A DNA stretch of 64,000 nucleotides, from NCBI RefSeq assembly GCF_009914755.1, contig NC_060942.1, one strand, 5' to 3'. Positions 1-23,715 of the stretch are shown piece after piece (position 1 is the first letter of the stretch; every line of letters begins with the position of its first letter). The translations under genes and the position numbers were made by a program. Under the pieces are notes generated by a model. It was not told the origin of the DNA, made no database searches, and was given only the letters and a program-made list of their open reading frames with translations. The DNA comes from the human T2T-CHM13v2.0 reference genome, Homo sapiens.

Positions 1-853
<853 letters not shown>

Positions 854-1647
854 TTAACAGGCACAGTTGAGGATGGAAGTATCATACTGACAACAGAAGG
901 AATAAATAGGAATATACACACTGATTGCTGAAACCCACTCTGTTCATTCAAAACCCTCTTTGCCTACTCAAAGGTTCCTAGAGGATAGCAGCCAAGCCTA
1001 TACCTTCTACTAAGGAAGTGGAAAGATTGTGTTCTACTGATCGTTCTGAAGATGAGTACTACTGAATTTGGCAAGCCCTAGAGAAAATACCTAAAAATAC
1101 TGATAAGGTCTACCTATAATCGCTAAGACACACACACAAACACACACCCTATAATCGGGAGTCTACCAGCCACTCCACCATCCAAATACATACAATTTCC
1201 AATCACTTTTAACCATGAGCAGTTAAACAAGAATCACCACAAATACAAGAAAAGCCTTAATATGAAGAAAAAACAGGAAAAAAGTAGCTTTGAAGACAAA
1301 ATTAGAGACAAAAACTAAAAATAAGCTAATTTGTCATGAAACAGATATACAAGAACAGCATACAAAAAAGAACTCCTGAAAATTAAAAACACTACAGAAA
1401 AAAGTGAAAAAGTCAACAGATGCCATCAGAAGGTAAAGACAAGGAGCTCTCCTATAAAGTAGATCAAAATGACTAAGATGGCACATGGGAGAAAAAAAAG
1501 TAAGAAAATTAGAGGACGAGCCATGAGGTCCAACTGGCCATTAACTGGACCTTTCAGAGAATAGAAAAAAAGCACTGGGGGAAAAAAAATCAAGAATTCA
1601 AGAAATTTTCCTAGACCTGAATGACATGAGTTTCCTGATTAAAAGGG

Positions 1648-3272
<1,625 letters not shown>

Positions 3273-3752
3273 CCAAAAATTTTTTTTCAGCCTTTCTATG
3301 TTTCTGCTGGCAATGAGGAAAAAAACTTTTTAATTTTTAAAAAACCTATCATAAGGATAAAAAGATGACTCTCAAACTTCTAGAGGGGGGAAAAATCCTG
3401 ACTACATACAGATGATTAAGATCAGAATTACAACAAACCTTCCATAGCAACACTGGAAGCAAGATAATGGGAAAATTATTCAAAATGCTGAAGAAAAATT
3501 ATGTCCCAAGTAGAATTCAATGCCCAATTAAGTGTGGAGTCTAGAATATTTTTCAGATGTGCAGGGTGTCAAAAAATTTAACTCCCAAACATCTTCCTCT
3601 AGGGTCTACAAGAGAATGTGCACCAAAAAATAAGCATGTTAAAATGAAGAAAAGAGGAGGGAGTTTAGAAACCAAACAAAAAAATGAGACTGCACATGTG
3701 TGTGCTTACTGAAGTTTATATGAATAAATATAAGTATAAATAAGTTAGTTTA

Positions 3753-6735
<2,983 letters not shown>

Positions 6736-7382
6736 ACATTCTAGAGAAAGCAAACTAATCTACAGTGACAAAAAGCAGCTCAGTCATTGCCTGGGATGAA
6801 GAGTGGAGAGAGGGAGATTAACTTTTGGAGGTGACAGAAATGTTCTTTATCTTGACTGTAGTGGTGATTCCATGAATATTTAAATCTGTCAAAAGCTACC
6901 AAATTGTAATTTTAAGAGAGTACAGTTTATTATACATAAATTATGCTTTAATAAAGCTGTCCAACAAATAGAGATGTAAGTTATATGGAACCATGACGAA
7001 GAAACATTATTAAACCAAAAAAGCAAAGTGCAGAAGAGAGAATGTAGCATGTCTCCCTTTGTGTAAAGAGAGAAAAAGGAGATGGTGGAAGGAAGAGAAT
7101 ATACAGAATCATATGCCTTTTATGCATAAAATATATCTGGAAGGAGACACTAACTAATAATAGTGATGATTTCTAAACAAGAGAACTACTAGACCAAGTA
7201 CCAGGAGTAGGAGAAAAGCTTACTTTTCACTATATACCCACTGAAATGTTTTATCATGTAGACATATAACCTTGTTGAAAAATAAAAATGTAAGTTAAAA
7301 TTCTCTGAAAATATAAAATATATTTGGTACACTGATTAATCATCTTGGAAGATACTAAATCATAAAATTATATGCCACTTAC

Positions 7383-7513
7383 CTTAAAGAAATAATATAT
7401 CACCTTTTTCTTCAAGTTGATTGATGAATGATGCTTCTGATGAATGATACTTCTTATCACTTCCTGTATGTTTAGTAATCTTTAAAAAAAAAAACTCTAT
7501 AGCCAAAGACAAT
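7383..7513 (-). other. ESCO1: Non-coding 5' UTR exon (probable ESCO1 exon 2, 131 nt)
   Basis: On the minus strand: long U-tract acceptor ttttttttttcaatag|ATT and consensus donor AAG|gtaagt, in a unique-sequence island among repeats. Contains no ATG. Confidence 0.75.
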
Positions 7514-8469
7514 CTATTGAAAAAAAAAAAATACAAAAATATCACTATTAACTGATACATTAAAACAACTTAGACAAACCTAGACTAAAAAATGGCCCAG
7601 TCAGGTGCAGTGGCTCATCCCTGTAATTGTAGCACTTTGGGAGGCAGAGGTGGAAGGATCAAGGATCAAGGATCGCTTGAGCCCAGGAGTTTGAGACCAG
7701 ACTGGGCAACATGATGAAACTCTGTCTCTTCGAAAATACAAAAATTAGCCTGGGGTGCTGGCACGTCTGTAAGTCCCAGCTACTTCGGAGGCTGAGGTGG
7801 GCGTATCACCTGAGCCCAAGGAGATAGAGGCTGGCAGTGGGCTGTGATCATGCCACTGCATTCCAGCCTGGGTGACACAGTGACACCCCCATCTCAACAA
7901 CAACAACAAAAAGCCTGTGATGATTTTTCACAATTATATGCAAAACATTACACAACTGCTGTAATCCCAGAACTTTGGGAGGCCGAGGCGGGTGGATAAC
8001 GAGGTCAGTTCAAGACCAGCATGGCCAAGATGGTGAAACCCCGTCTCTACTAAAAAAATACAAAAATTAGCCAGGTGTGGTGGCGGGTGCCTGTAATCCC
8101 AGCTACTCGTGAGGCTGAGGCAGAGAACTGCTTGAACCCGGGAGGCAGAGGGTGCAGTGAGCTGAGATCGAGCCACTGCATTCCAACCTAGGCTACAGAG
8201 CAGGACTCCATCTCAAAAAAAAAAAAAAAAACTTACACAACTGCATGGTCACCATCTCAATCTTATACCATATAATACAGTTTTTCTTAAAATATAATCA
8301 CTACTTCTTATCCCACCTCCATGAGAGAATTATACTTTCCTTCTGAAAAGATACCAGGCTTGGTCACATGCCTTATTTTGGCCTCGGTGGGGACAGAGTA
8401 TCTATACTTCCCTGACCTGATCGTCTTGGCCACCTGACTTACTTTGGCCAACCAGATGCCAGCCTATAG

Positions 8470-10700
8470 TTATCAAGTTGTACCAGTATCATTTGTTAAA
8501 AAATAGTATTCTTTACCCATTGAATTGTCCTGGCCCCTTTTATAAGATCCATTGCCGTAAATGTATGGTTTTATTTCTGGACTCTCAATTCTATCCCATT
8601 GGTCTTTATGATCTTATACCAGGACTACACAATCTTGATTACTGTAGCTTTCTAGTAAGTTTTTAAAAGATGAAGTGTGAGCCCAAAACTTTGCTACTCT
8701 TTTTCTTTTTTTTAGAGACTATGTCTCTCTATGTTGCCCAGGCAAGTCTCAAACTCCTGGCCCCAAGTGATCATCCCATCTCAGCCTCCTGAGTAGCTGA
8801 GACCACAGGTACATGCCACCTTACCTGGCTAATTTTTTTATTTTTTGTAGAGATGGGGTCTCCCTGTGTTGCCCAAGCTGGTCTCAAACCCCCGGGCTCA
8901 AGCCATTCTCCCACCTCGGCCTCCCAAAATGCTAGGATTACAGGTGTTTGAGCCACTGAGCCCAGCCTAAAAGAATTTTTTTATTGATACATAATGATTA
9001 CACATATTTCTGGGGTACATGTGACATTTTGATACAGACATACAACCACGTAATAATCAAATCATGATAACTGGGATAATTCATCACCTCAAACACTTAT
9101 TACTTGTATCAGGAACATTTCATATCTCTTCTAGTTATTTTGAAATACGCAATAAATTATTAAATACAGTCACCCTAGTGAGCTACCAAACACTAGAACT
9201 TATTCCTTCTAACTGTATTTTTATAACCATTAATCACTTTCTCTCTATCCTCTCCTCCCCACACCCTTCTTAGCCTCTGGTAACCACTATGCTACTCTCT
9301 ACCTCCATGGGATCAACTTTTTTGTGGCTCCCACATAAGAACGAGAATATGCAGTAAATCTTTCCATGCCTAGCTATTTCACTGAACATAATGTCTTCCA
9401 GTTTTATCCATGTTGCTGCAGACAAGATTTCATATTTTTATGGCTGAATAATATTCCATTCCATACCACATTTTATCCATTCATCTGCTGATGAACACTT
9501 ACTTAGATTGATTCCATGTCTTGCCTATTGTGAACAGTGCCACAATGAACATGGGAATGCAGGTATCTCTTCCATATACTGATTTATTAAAGCAATTATT
9601 TTCTTAATTTCCTTTTTGGATGATTCATCACAGTGTACACAAAACTAATTTTTGTACATTGATCTTGTGTCCTGTAACGTTGTTAAATTTAATGAGTTCT
9701 AATAGGTTTTTTTGTGTGAATTTCTTAGGATTTCCTACAGGTAAGATCATGTCATCTGCAAAGAGAGAGAGTTTTACTGCTTCCTTTCCAATCTGGACGC
9801 CTTTTATTTCTTTCCCTTTTGCCAGTCTACCTTGGCTAGAACCTCCAGTGGAAACCTCCTCCTTTCCACTGTTGAAAGAAGTGGTAAGAGCAGGTATCTT
9901 CATCTTATTCCTAAGTTTAGGGGGAAAGCTCTCAGTCTTGCATACTGTTAGGTATGATGTTAGATGTGGATTTTTCACAGATGCCCTTCTATTTCTAGTT
10001 TGTTGAGCAGTTTTATCATGAAAGGATATTTCATTTTGTCAGATTTTTTTTCTGCATCTATTGAGGTAATCATGTCCGTTTCTTTCCTTTATTCTATCAA
10101 CATGGTGTGTCATACTGATTTTTATATGCTGAACCAACTGTGCACTGCAGGGATAAATGCAACTTGGTCATTGTGTGTTATCATTTTTATAAGTTGCTGG
10201 ACTCAGTCTGCAAATATTTAGTTGAGGATTTGTGTGGACATATTCATAAGAAATATTAATCTGTAGTTTTCTTGTGATGTCTTTGCCTAGTACTAAGGTC
10301 TTTTTAGCACTGTGATGTCTTTTTAGTACTAAGGCAATACCAGCCTCATAAAATGAACTAAGAGATCCCTCCTTTTCTATTTTTTGAAAAGTCTATGAAG
10401 GATTGGTGTTAATTCTTCTTTAAATGTTTGGTAGATTGCATCAGTGAAGCCATCTGAGCCTGGGCTTTTCATTTTTGGAGGTATTTTTATTCAATCTCTT
10501 TGTTATAGGTCTATTCAGATTTTCTATTTCTTCTTGAGTCAGTTTATAAGAACTTGTCTATTTTATCTAGGTTATCGAAATGGTTAGCATACCATTGTTC
10601 ATATTCCCTTTTAACCCTTTTTATTTTAGTAATATCTCTCATTCCTTATTTTAGTAATTTCTCTCATTCCTTATTTTGGTAATTTGAGTCCTCTCTCATT
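8470..10700 (-). mobile_element. L1M ORF2/3' fragments with nested Alu and L1MA-like 3' end
   Basis: ORF 9628..9978(-) translates to [24 protein letters not shown]...LLELI...GHKINVQK, the L1 reverse-transcriptase FADD region. Degenerate. Confidence 0.9.
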
Positions 10701-10724
10701 AAAAACTTTTTTAAAAAAGATAAA

Positions 10725-13990
<3,266 letters not shown>

Positions 13991-14074
13991 AGAGCGAGAC
14001 TGTCTCAAAAGAAAAAAAAAAAAGAAAAAAATCCACTCTCTTGAAATTATACCCTTTTCTCTAAAACTCTCCAG

Positions 14075-14483
14075 TAGTGGCTAAATGGTGGGCCCCCCAA
14101 AAAATACACCTGTGTCCTAATCCCTGAATTAGGGATTGTGAATGTATCTTATTTGGGGAAAAAAGGTCTTTGCAGACATAATCAAATTAAGGATCTTGAG
14201 ATGTGATCATCCTGGATTATCCAGGTAGGCCCTAAATCCAATAACAAATATCCTTGTAAGAGAGTGGCACAGATATCCTTGTAAGAGAAGGAGACAGACA
14301 CAGACAAGAGAAAATAATATGAAAATGATGGCAGAGATTGGAGTAATGTGGTCATAGGCCCAGGAATGCCAGGGCAACCAACAGAAGCTAGATGAGGCAA
14401 GGAACAAATTTAAGATAATAAATTTCTATTGTTTTAAGCCATCAGGTTTCTGATAATTTATTAAAGCAGACATAGGAAACTGG
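14075..14483 (+). mobile_element. MLT1 (ERVL-MaLR) solo LTR, internally deleted
   Basis: gtcctaatccctg...gtctttgcagacataatcaaattaaggatcttgagatg...ggcagagattggagt...aataaatttctattgttttaagcca...gcagacataggaaact. Confidence 0.85.
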
Positions 14484-14725
14484 TCTCTCCTAAGCAGGCT
14501 ATATATATCACATCAAGAAGCCTACAGTTTTCCCAGCACAACCATTTTTTATCTTACACAAAATTCTTTACACATCTCTTTTAAGGTTTATGCCATTCTG
14601 CTATCAAACTTTCTTTCTTCATTGTTGTATTCCTACTGATCACCAGAAATTCTTCAATCATAATTTTCTTCTCCAATCACACTGTTATCATCAACTCCAA
14701 AGTTCACATGGATCACCACAGATGC

Positions 14726-16727
14726 TTTTTTTTTTTTTTTTAATTTTTATTTTTATTGATCATTCTTGGGTGTTTCTCACAGAGGGGGATTTGGCAGGGT
14801 CATAGGACAATAGTGGAGGGAAGGTCAGCAGATAAACAAGTGAACAAAGGTCTCTGGTTTTCCTAGGCAGAGGGCCCTGCGGCCTTCCGCAGTGTTTGTG
14901 TCCCTGGGTACTTGAGATTAGGGAGTGGTGATGACTCTTAACGAGCATGCTGCCTTCAAGCATCTGTTTAACAAAGCACATCTTGCACTGCCCTTAATCC
15001 ATTTAACCCTGAGTGGACACAGCACATGTTTCAGAGAGCACAGGGTTGGGGGGTAAGGTCACAGATCAACAGGATCCCAAGGCAGAAGAATTTTTCTTAG
15101 TAAAGAACAAAATGAAAAGTCTCCCATGTCTACTTCTTTCCACACAGACATGGCAACCATCCGATTTCTCAATCTTTTCCCCACCTTTCCCCGCTTTCTA
15201 TTCCACAAAACCACCATTGTCATCATGGCCCGTTCTCAATGAGCTGTTGGGCACACCTCCCAGACGGGGTGGTGGCCGGGCAGAGGGGCTCCTCACTTCC
15301 CAGTAGGGGCGGCCGGGCAGAGGCGCCCCTCACCTCCTGGACGGGGCAGCTGGCCGGGCAGAGGGGCTCCTCACTTCCCAGTAGGGTCGGCCGGGCAGAG
15401 GCGCCCCTCACCTCCCGGACGAGGCGGCTGGCCGGGCGGGGGACTGACCCCCCCACCTCCCTCCCAGATGGGGCGGCTGGCCGGGCGGGGGGCTGACCCC
15501 CCCACCTCCCTCCCGGATGGGGCGGCTGGCCGGGCAGAGAGGCTCCTCACTTCCCAGTAGGGGCGGCCGGGCAGAGGCGCCCCTCACCTCCTGGACAGGG
15601 CGGCTGGCCGGGCGGGGGGCTGACCCCCCACCTCCCTCCCGGACGGGGCGGCTGGTGGGGCGGGAGGCTGACCCCCCCACCTCCCTCCCGGACGGGGCGG
15701 CTGGCCTGGCGCGGGCTGACCCCCACCTCCCTCCCGGACGGGGCAGCTGCCGGGCGGAGACGCTCCTCACTTCCCAGACGGGGTGGCTGCCGGGCGGAGG
15801 GGCTCCTCACTTCTCAGACGGGGCGGCTGCCGGGCGGAGGGGCTCCTCACTTCTCAGACGGGGCGGCTGCCGGGCGGAGGGGCTCCTCACTTCTCAGACT
15901 GGGCGGTTGCCGGGCAGAGGGTCTCCTCCCTTCTCAGATGGGGCGGCTGGGCAGAGACGCTCCTCACCTCCCAGACGGGGTCGCGGCTGGGAAGAGGCGC
16001 TCCTCACATCCCAGACGGGGTGGCAGGGCAGAGGCGCTCCCCACATCTCAGACGATGGGCGGCCGGGCAGAGACGCTCCTCACTTCCTAGATGGGATGGC
16101 GGCCGGGAAGAGGCGCTCCTCACTTCCTAGATGGGATGGCGGCCGGGCAGAGACGCTCCTCACTTTCCAGACTGGGCAGCCAGGCAGAGGGGCTCCTCAC
16201 ATCCCAGACGATGGGTGGCCAGGCAGAGACGCTCCTCACTTCCTAGACGGGGTGGCAGCCGGGCAGAGGCTGCACTCTGGGCACTTTGGGAGGCCAAGGC
16301 AGGCGGCTGGGAGGTGGAGGTTGTAGCGAGCCGAGATCACGCCACTGCACTCCAGCCTGGGCACCATTGAGCACTGAGTGAACCAGACACCGTCTGCAAT
16401 CCCGGCACCTCTGGAGGCGAGGCTGGTGGATCACTCGCGGTTAGGAGCTGGAGACCAGCCCAGCCAACACAGCGAAACCCCGTCTCCACCAAAAAAATAC
16501 GAAAACCAGTCAGGCGTGGCGGCGCGCGCCTGCAATCGCAGGCACTCGGCAGGCTGAGGCAGGAGAATCAGGCAGGGAGGTTGCAGTGAGCCGAGATGGC
16601 AGCAGTACAGTCCAGCTTCGGCTCGGCATCAGAGGGAGACCGTGGAAAGAGAGGGAGACCGTAGGGAGAGGGAGAGGGAGAGGGAGAGGGAGACGGAGAG
16701 GGAGAGGGAGAGGGAGAGGGAGAGGGC
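14726..16727 (-). mobile_element. Full-length SVA retrotransposon (SVA_D/E/F-like)
   Basis: On the + strand: poly-T, SINE-R (about 14750-15250), GC-rich VNTR (about 15260-16265), Alu-like region, then (GGGAGA)n hexamer (about 16660-16726). TSD caccacagatgctt (14714-14727) / caccacagattctt (16728-16741), with an L1-endonuclease-type TTCTT/AA site. Confidence 0.97.
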
Positions 16728-17036
16728 CACCACAGATTCTTAATCTCCTTAATTATTTACCAATTCTTAATGCATTTCAACTATACAACCTTTTAACCAC
16801 ATCAAAGGAACAAGAGAGAAGTACTGACTACAAATCTGAGTCTAGTGGCTTGTCAAATTCATAACTCCTTTCTGAAAAACCTGCCATGGCCACAGGCACC
16901 TCCTTTAAAAAAAAAAAAAAACCTTAGACAATTCAGTTATATCCTGAAAGTCCTGACCCTGCTACGCTTCCCATAGCTAACTAGATCAAGTGTGGGTTTG
17001 TGACCCAAGAGGTGCCAATATCTAGTCACTATAAAG

Positions 17037-17271
17037 CAGGGTTTTCCAACTCACCACTATTAACATTTTGAACCACATAGAGTCTTTGTTATGGGTGGGC
17101 TGTCCCGTGCATGGAGGAGCAGCAGCCTGTTTAGCAAGAGCAGCAGCAGCCCCGACCTCCATCCACTAGATGCCAGTAGCAACCCTTCCCCTAGTCCTCA
17201 CAATCAAAATATCTCTAGACACTACAAAATGTCTCCTCAGAGGCAAAATCACCCTGGGTTGAGACCTACTA
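17037..17271. mobile_element. MER20 hAT-Charlie DNA transposon
   Basis: MER20-like body (gggctgtcccgtgcat...ccactagatgccagtagca...ggcaaaatcaccctgggttgaga) with degenerate 8-bp TSD ctataaag / ctataaca. Confidence 0.85.
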
Positions 17272-17529
17272 CTATAACAGCAAAGAACTAAATTAGGAAT
17301 TACAGGATACCTGCTGCTTGAGGAATTAAAACAAGGCAAGCCTACTGCTAGAGCTGTACTATTCTCAGCCACCTTCTGAGTCCTGAAATATATTCAGGTT
17401 TCTGTAAGAGCTGGTGAATTGTTCTTCAGCAAAGCCTAGTGTTTGGTGATTCCTGTTTTCTTCTACAAGATGTAGCTCTGTAAACAGTCTTCTCTTATTT
17501 CTACATATCCTCCCAATGAACTACTATTA

Positions 17530-17920
<391 letters not shown>

Positions 17921-18017
17921 TCAAATTTCCATGGGAGCAACTTTAACTTCTTAAAAGCAACAAGTATTTGTTTAATTTAACAACTCGATTTTCTGATGGG
18001 CTAAAATAGTCTACAAC

Positions 18018-18020
<3 letters not shown>

Positions 18021-18059
<39 letters not shown>
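18021..18059 (+). repeat. (TG)n microsatellite
   Basis: About 19 perfect TG units. Confidence 0.97.
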
Positions 18060-18061
<2 letters not shown>

Positions 18062-18387
18062 CTTTTTTATATATGAAAAACTACAGGAGAGCACCACCAT
18101 GTCTGGCTAGTGTTTTTTTTGTAGAGACGGGGTTTCGCCATGTTGCCCAGGCTGGTCTCGAACTCCTGGGTTCAAGCGATCCACCTGCCTCGGCCTCCCA
18201 AGGTGCTAGGATCACAGGCTTGAATGTGAACCACCATGCCTAGCCTATGGTATATATTTTAAACATATATTATGATAGATGCTGGGTATAGGCATATTCC
18301 CACCCTCAAATAGCTTATGGAGAAATTATCTAAGTGGCGTATATCTTCTAAAACTGAACAGTATCTGTGTTACAAAGAATAATACTT

Positions 18388-19115
<728 letters not shown>

Positions 19116-19364
19116 TCACAAAGACTATACTATTTATGGGGGATAAAAGTAAGTTAAATTTAATCCTCTCCAACGATGCCATAATAGAAACCTTTCCTGG
19201 GCCAGGGGTGGTGGCTCAGACCCATAATACCAGCACTTTGGGAGGCCAAGGTGGGCAGATAACTTGGGCCCAGGAATTTGAGACCAGCCTGGGCAACATA
19301 GTGAAATCCCGTCTCTTCAAAAAAACAAAACAAAAAAAAAACAGAAAGAAACCTTTCCTAATAT

Positions 19365-19528
19365 AAAGCTACTTGGAGTCCTACATAATTTTTAAGAGTA
19401 TAAGGGGATCCTAAGACCAAAAAGTTTGAGAAACACTGCATTAAAGTAATACTTAATGCCTCCTTTTAATTTACCCTCTGAGTTTTTATCTGTGAGAATC
19501 TTACGTATGCTGCCATAAATGTTTAAAG
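19365..19528 (+). repeat. Direct-repeat copy of 20725-20884
   Basis: About 160 bp, roughly 90% identical by eye alignment. Confidence 0.9.
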
Positions 19529-19625
19529 TTCTTAGAAAAGCTCCTGATATATCACCAGTGCTTAAGTGTTAGCTATAATAATATTAATAATTAGCTATAA
19601 TAATATTACAGGGAAAATGTTTTTA

Positions 19626-19943
<318 letters not shown>

Positions 19944-20053
19944 TTACTCCTGGCTTCGCTTAACTACTTGCCAACTCAATTTCCATATTATCATTATCCC
20001 CTTCAGTTTCAACAACTACATTAATTCTAAACATTCAATTATTTACCTTAAAG

Positions 20054-20798
20054 CAGTAGTGCTCAAAATGTGATATGGGGACTCTCAGGATTCCTGAGAT
20101 CAAAATCATACGAGAGCAAAAGATTAAAAGTACAAAACAGACCAATGAATTCTAATGCAACAGAATGCAAAACACATGTAGACATGGTTTCAGATTCTAC
20201 ATCACAACTAACCTTTAAGAAATTACCACTTGTTAAGTTTTGTTGCAGAATCAGAGTATTACAACTATCTGAAAAAGCTAAAATACCCCACCCAACATAC
20301 TGGTCATAAACTTCAACCAGAAACATATATAGCAACAGATTGATAGGAAAATCCAGCTGTCTTCTATCAAGGCCAAACATTAAGGAGATTTACAAAAATG
20401 TAATACCATCACCATTCTTTCACTAACTTATTTTGGAATATAGTTTTTCATTAAAATGTTATTTATTAAATATATTAAGCTGGGTATGCACACCTGTAGT
20501 CCCACCTATTTGGGAGGCTGAGGCAAGAGGATCACTTCAGCCCAAGAGCTCAAGGCCAGCCTGGGCAACACAGTGAGCCACTGTTACTAAAAAAAAAAAA
20601 AAATTTAATTAAAATTAAAATGTTATTTATATTAAGCTGTAGTTTAATTATTTCAAATGAATTAATATATATGAAATTAATTCCTAATACAGTAACTATC
20701 AATAGATATAAACCTATATAAACAAAAGCTACTTGCAGTCCTACATAATTTTTAAGAGTGTAAGGGGATCCTAAGACCAAAAAGTTTGAGAACCACTA
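20054..20798. mobile_element. hAT-Charlie1-type non-autonomous DNA transposon with nested FLAM
   Basis: Termini cagtagtgctcaaa ... tttgagaaccacta; 8-bp TSD ccttaaag (20046-20053) / cattaaag (20799-20806). Confidence 0.8.
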
Positions 20799-21468
20799 CA
20801 TTAAAGTAATACTTAATACCACCTTTTAATTTACCCTCTGAGTTTTTGTGTGAATCTTACACGTGCTGCCATAAATGTCTAAAGGAAGCTGAACAGAGCA
20901 GAGGATATAAATCTTCCTTTAAGCATTGTAATGCAATCAAGCATAAGATGTATATGCCCCTTCCCCTCAGGAAAAGACAAGACATGATGGCTGGGTTAAC
21001 AGAATGCTCTTATTTGCCAAAAGTAACTACAGTATTATAATACAGCTATAATACAGAACTTATACAGGAAAAACAGAACCAAAGGATTTTCATTGAATGA
21101 TCCACAGAAAAATATGAAAGTCAGGGTTACAAAAGGGGTAATATAGTCCTTAATTATCTACAGTAACAATTTTACTGGAGTTGGTTTCTAGTACCTAAAT
21201 TTTAATCACCTTCAATAGAAGGTATTCCAAGAACTCTATGTGGTACAAAAATCTGCCAATAAAAGTCATGAAAAAATATTTAACTATTACAAAAAAATCC
21301 ATTATTCGAACTGTGCAGCGCTGGTCACGTTCATTAACAGAATAAATACAATCAGCTCTGCATAATAAATTACCAAGCTAAAAAGGACTATCTGGCAAAA
21401 GAAGTTAATGGCATTCATTAATTAGGGTACTTTTTTAGTTATTCTGTGAAGCATAATTTATCAATTTA

Positions 21469-22448
<980 letters not shown>

Positions 22449-23715
22449 AACTTAAAACTTTATTCGTGTTGGTGTCCTGTGTAAAGCAGAAACTAAGTAC
22501 TTGACCAGAAGACAAAGTGAATATAGCATAGTTCACTGCAACCTGGATGTTTTCAACTGAAATCTATGTTTTATCCACTTTTTTAAAAAAGCCAATGCTG
22601 GTGGGGGGACTAACCACACCTTATGCCACCAAGTAGCGCTTTTGTTTCCTGCGAAGCTTATTTATTGAGATATCGTTTTGTAATACTATCTAGATACTGT
22701 GTGCTGCGATTCCTGTTTAAAGGAATCTCATTGCAGCTAAGACTACAGAAAACATGGTTCATAGTACTTCTCAAATCGCAAAGCTTGAGCTCCTTCCTCC
22801 TCCTCTTCCTCCCTCCCCTGGTCCCCGCTGCGTCCCCATCGCCCCGGAAAATAAAGCACACGCCGGATTTTCGGACGCATCATTGAGAGGCGGAGGGAGA
22901 GGAGGTAGTCTTCGAATTGTTGGACTTGCTATCCCATTCTGCCTGTGCAAAATAAACCCCCATAGTAAAATAATCTTAACCCGTGATAAAAATCGAGGAC
23001 CCAATTCTCTTTGGTTCGCCTCTCTCCATCGCTATAAACTTCACTGCGGCCCTCAATGCACTCATTTCTACTCCAGAGCCGCCCTACCTGTGCCGAGACC
23101 CCCATTTGCAGCATGAGTTACTCTATGACCTTGGGCCCGCTCCCCTCCCAAACTGAAGGCTGTAAAACCAAGACCCCACATCGCGCCCCGCAAACTGCAG
23201 AGGCCTCCAGGCTCAGGCCGGGTCAGCGGGTTGCGCCAGGAGGCGGCGAGGGACTGGCTCCGGTGAAGCGCCGGGAAGAGAAAACGCAGGGGGCGGAGAC
23301 GGGGCCCGGAGCTACCTGCGGGACCAGCACTGGCGCTGCCCCAGTGCTAGCAATGGCTGCACGCCACCTCGGGGCTCCCGGAGCCCTCGCGGCAGTGCTG
23401 GGAACTCCGGCCCTGCCCCGTCGGCGGTCACGACCCCTTATGAACTTCGACCGCCCAGCAAACAGCGGCAGGTGGTGCGCGGACACGCGAGCACGTTAGC
23501 TGCCTACCTCAAGCGACGGCGTCTTGGAGCCTAGAGCCTCCCACCTCCCTCCCAGGGGCGCGAAGAGCTGGGACCGGAGCAGTAGGAAGGGGCGTGCGAG
23601 GCAACACGCCACCGAGGGTGGAACAGGAAGAGGGAGAACTGTCCGCTCCCTGAAGGGGCTGGCAAAAGAGAGGTGAAGACACAGGCGGCGGGGACCGTCA
23701 GGGACGCTCGCGTAC

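Noticed and set aside
9846-9871. Hairpin CAGTGGAAA-cctcctcc-TTTCCACTG inside L1
   Set aside because: Likely a local template-switch mutation in a dead repeat; too short to suggest function.
9628-9978. ORF with the reverse-transcriptase FADD motif
   Set aside because: A decayed fragment of an old L1 ORF2, truncated and interrupted; not an active or novel RT system.
14119-14137. Inverted repeat aatccct-gaatt-agggatt in MLT1
   Set aside because: A 7-bp stem in a decayed LTR; chance or a local mutation.
15260-16265. Regularly repeated 35-50 bp units that superficially resemble a CRISPR array
   Set aside because: These are tandem SVA VNTR units with no unique spacers, in a eukaryotic context with no cas genes.
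15013-16434. Long GC-rich ORFs (up to 269 aa) on both strands
   Set aside because: They are read-through of the stop-poor SVA VNTR.
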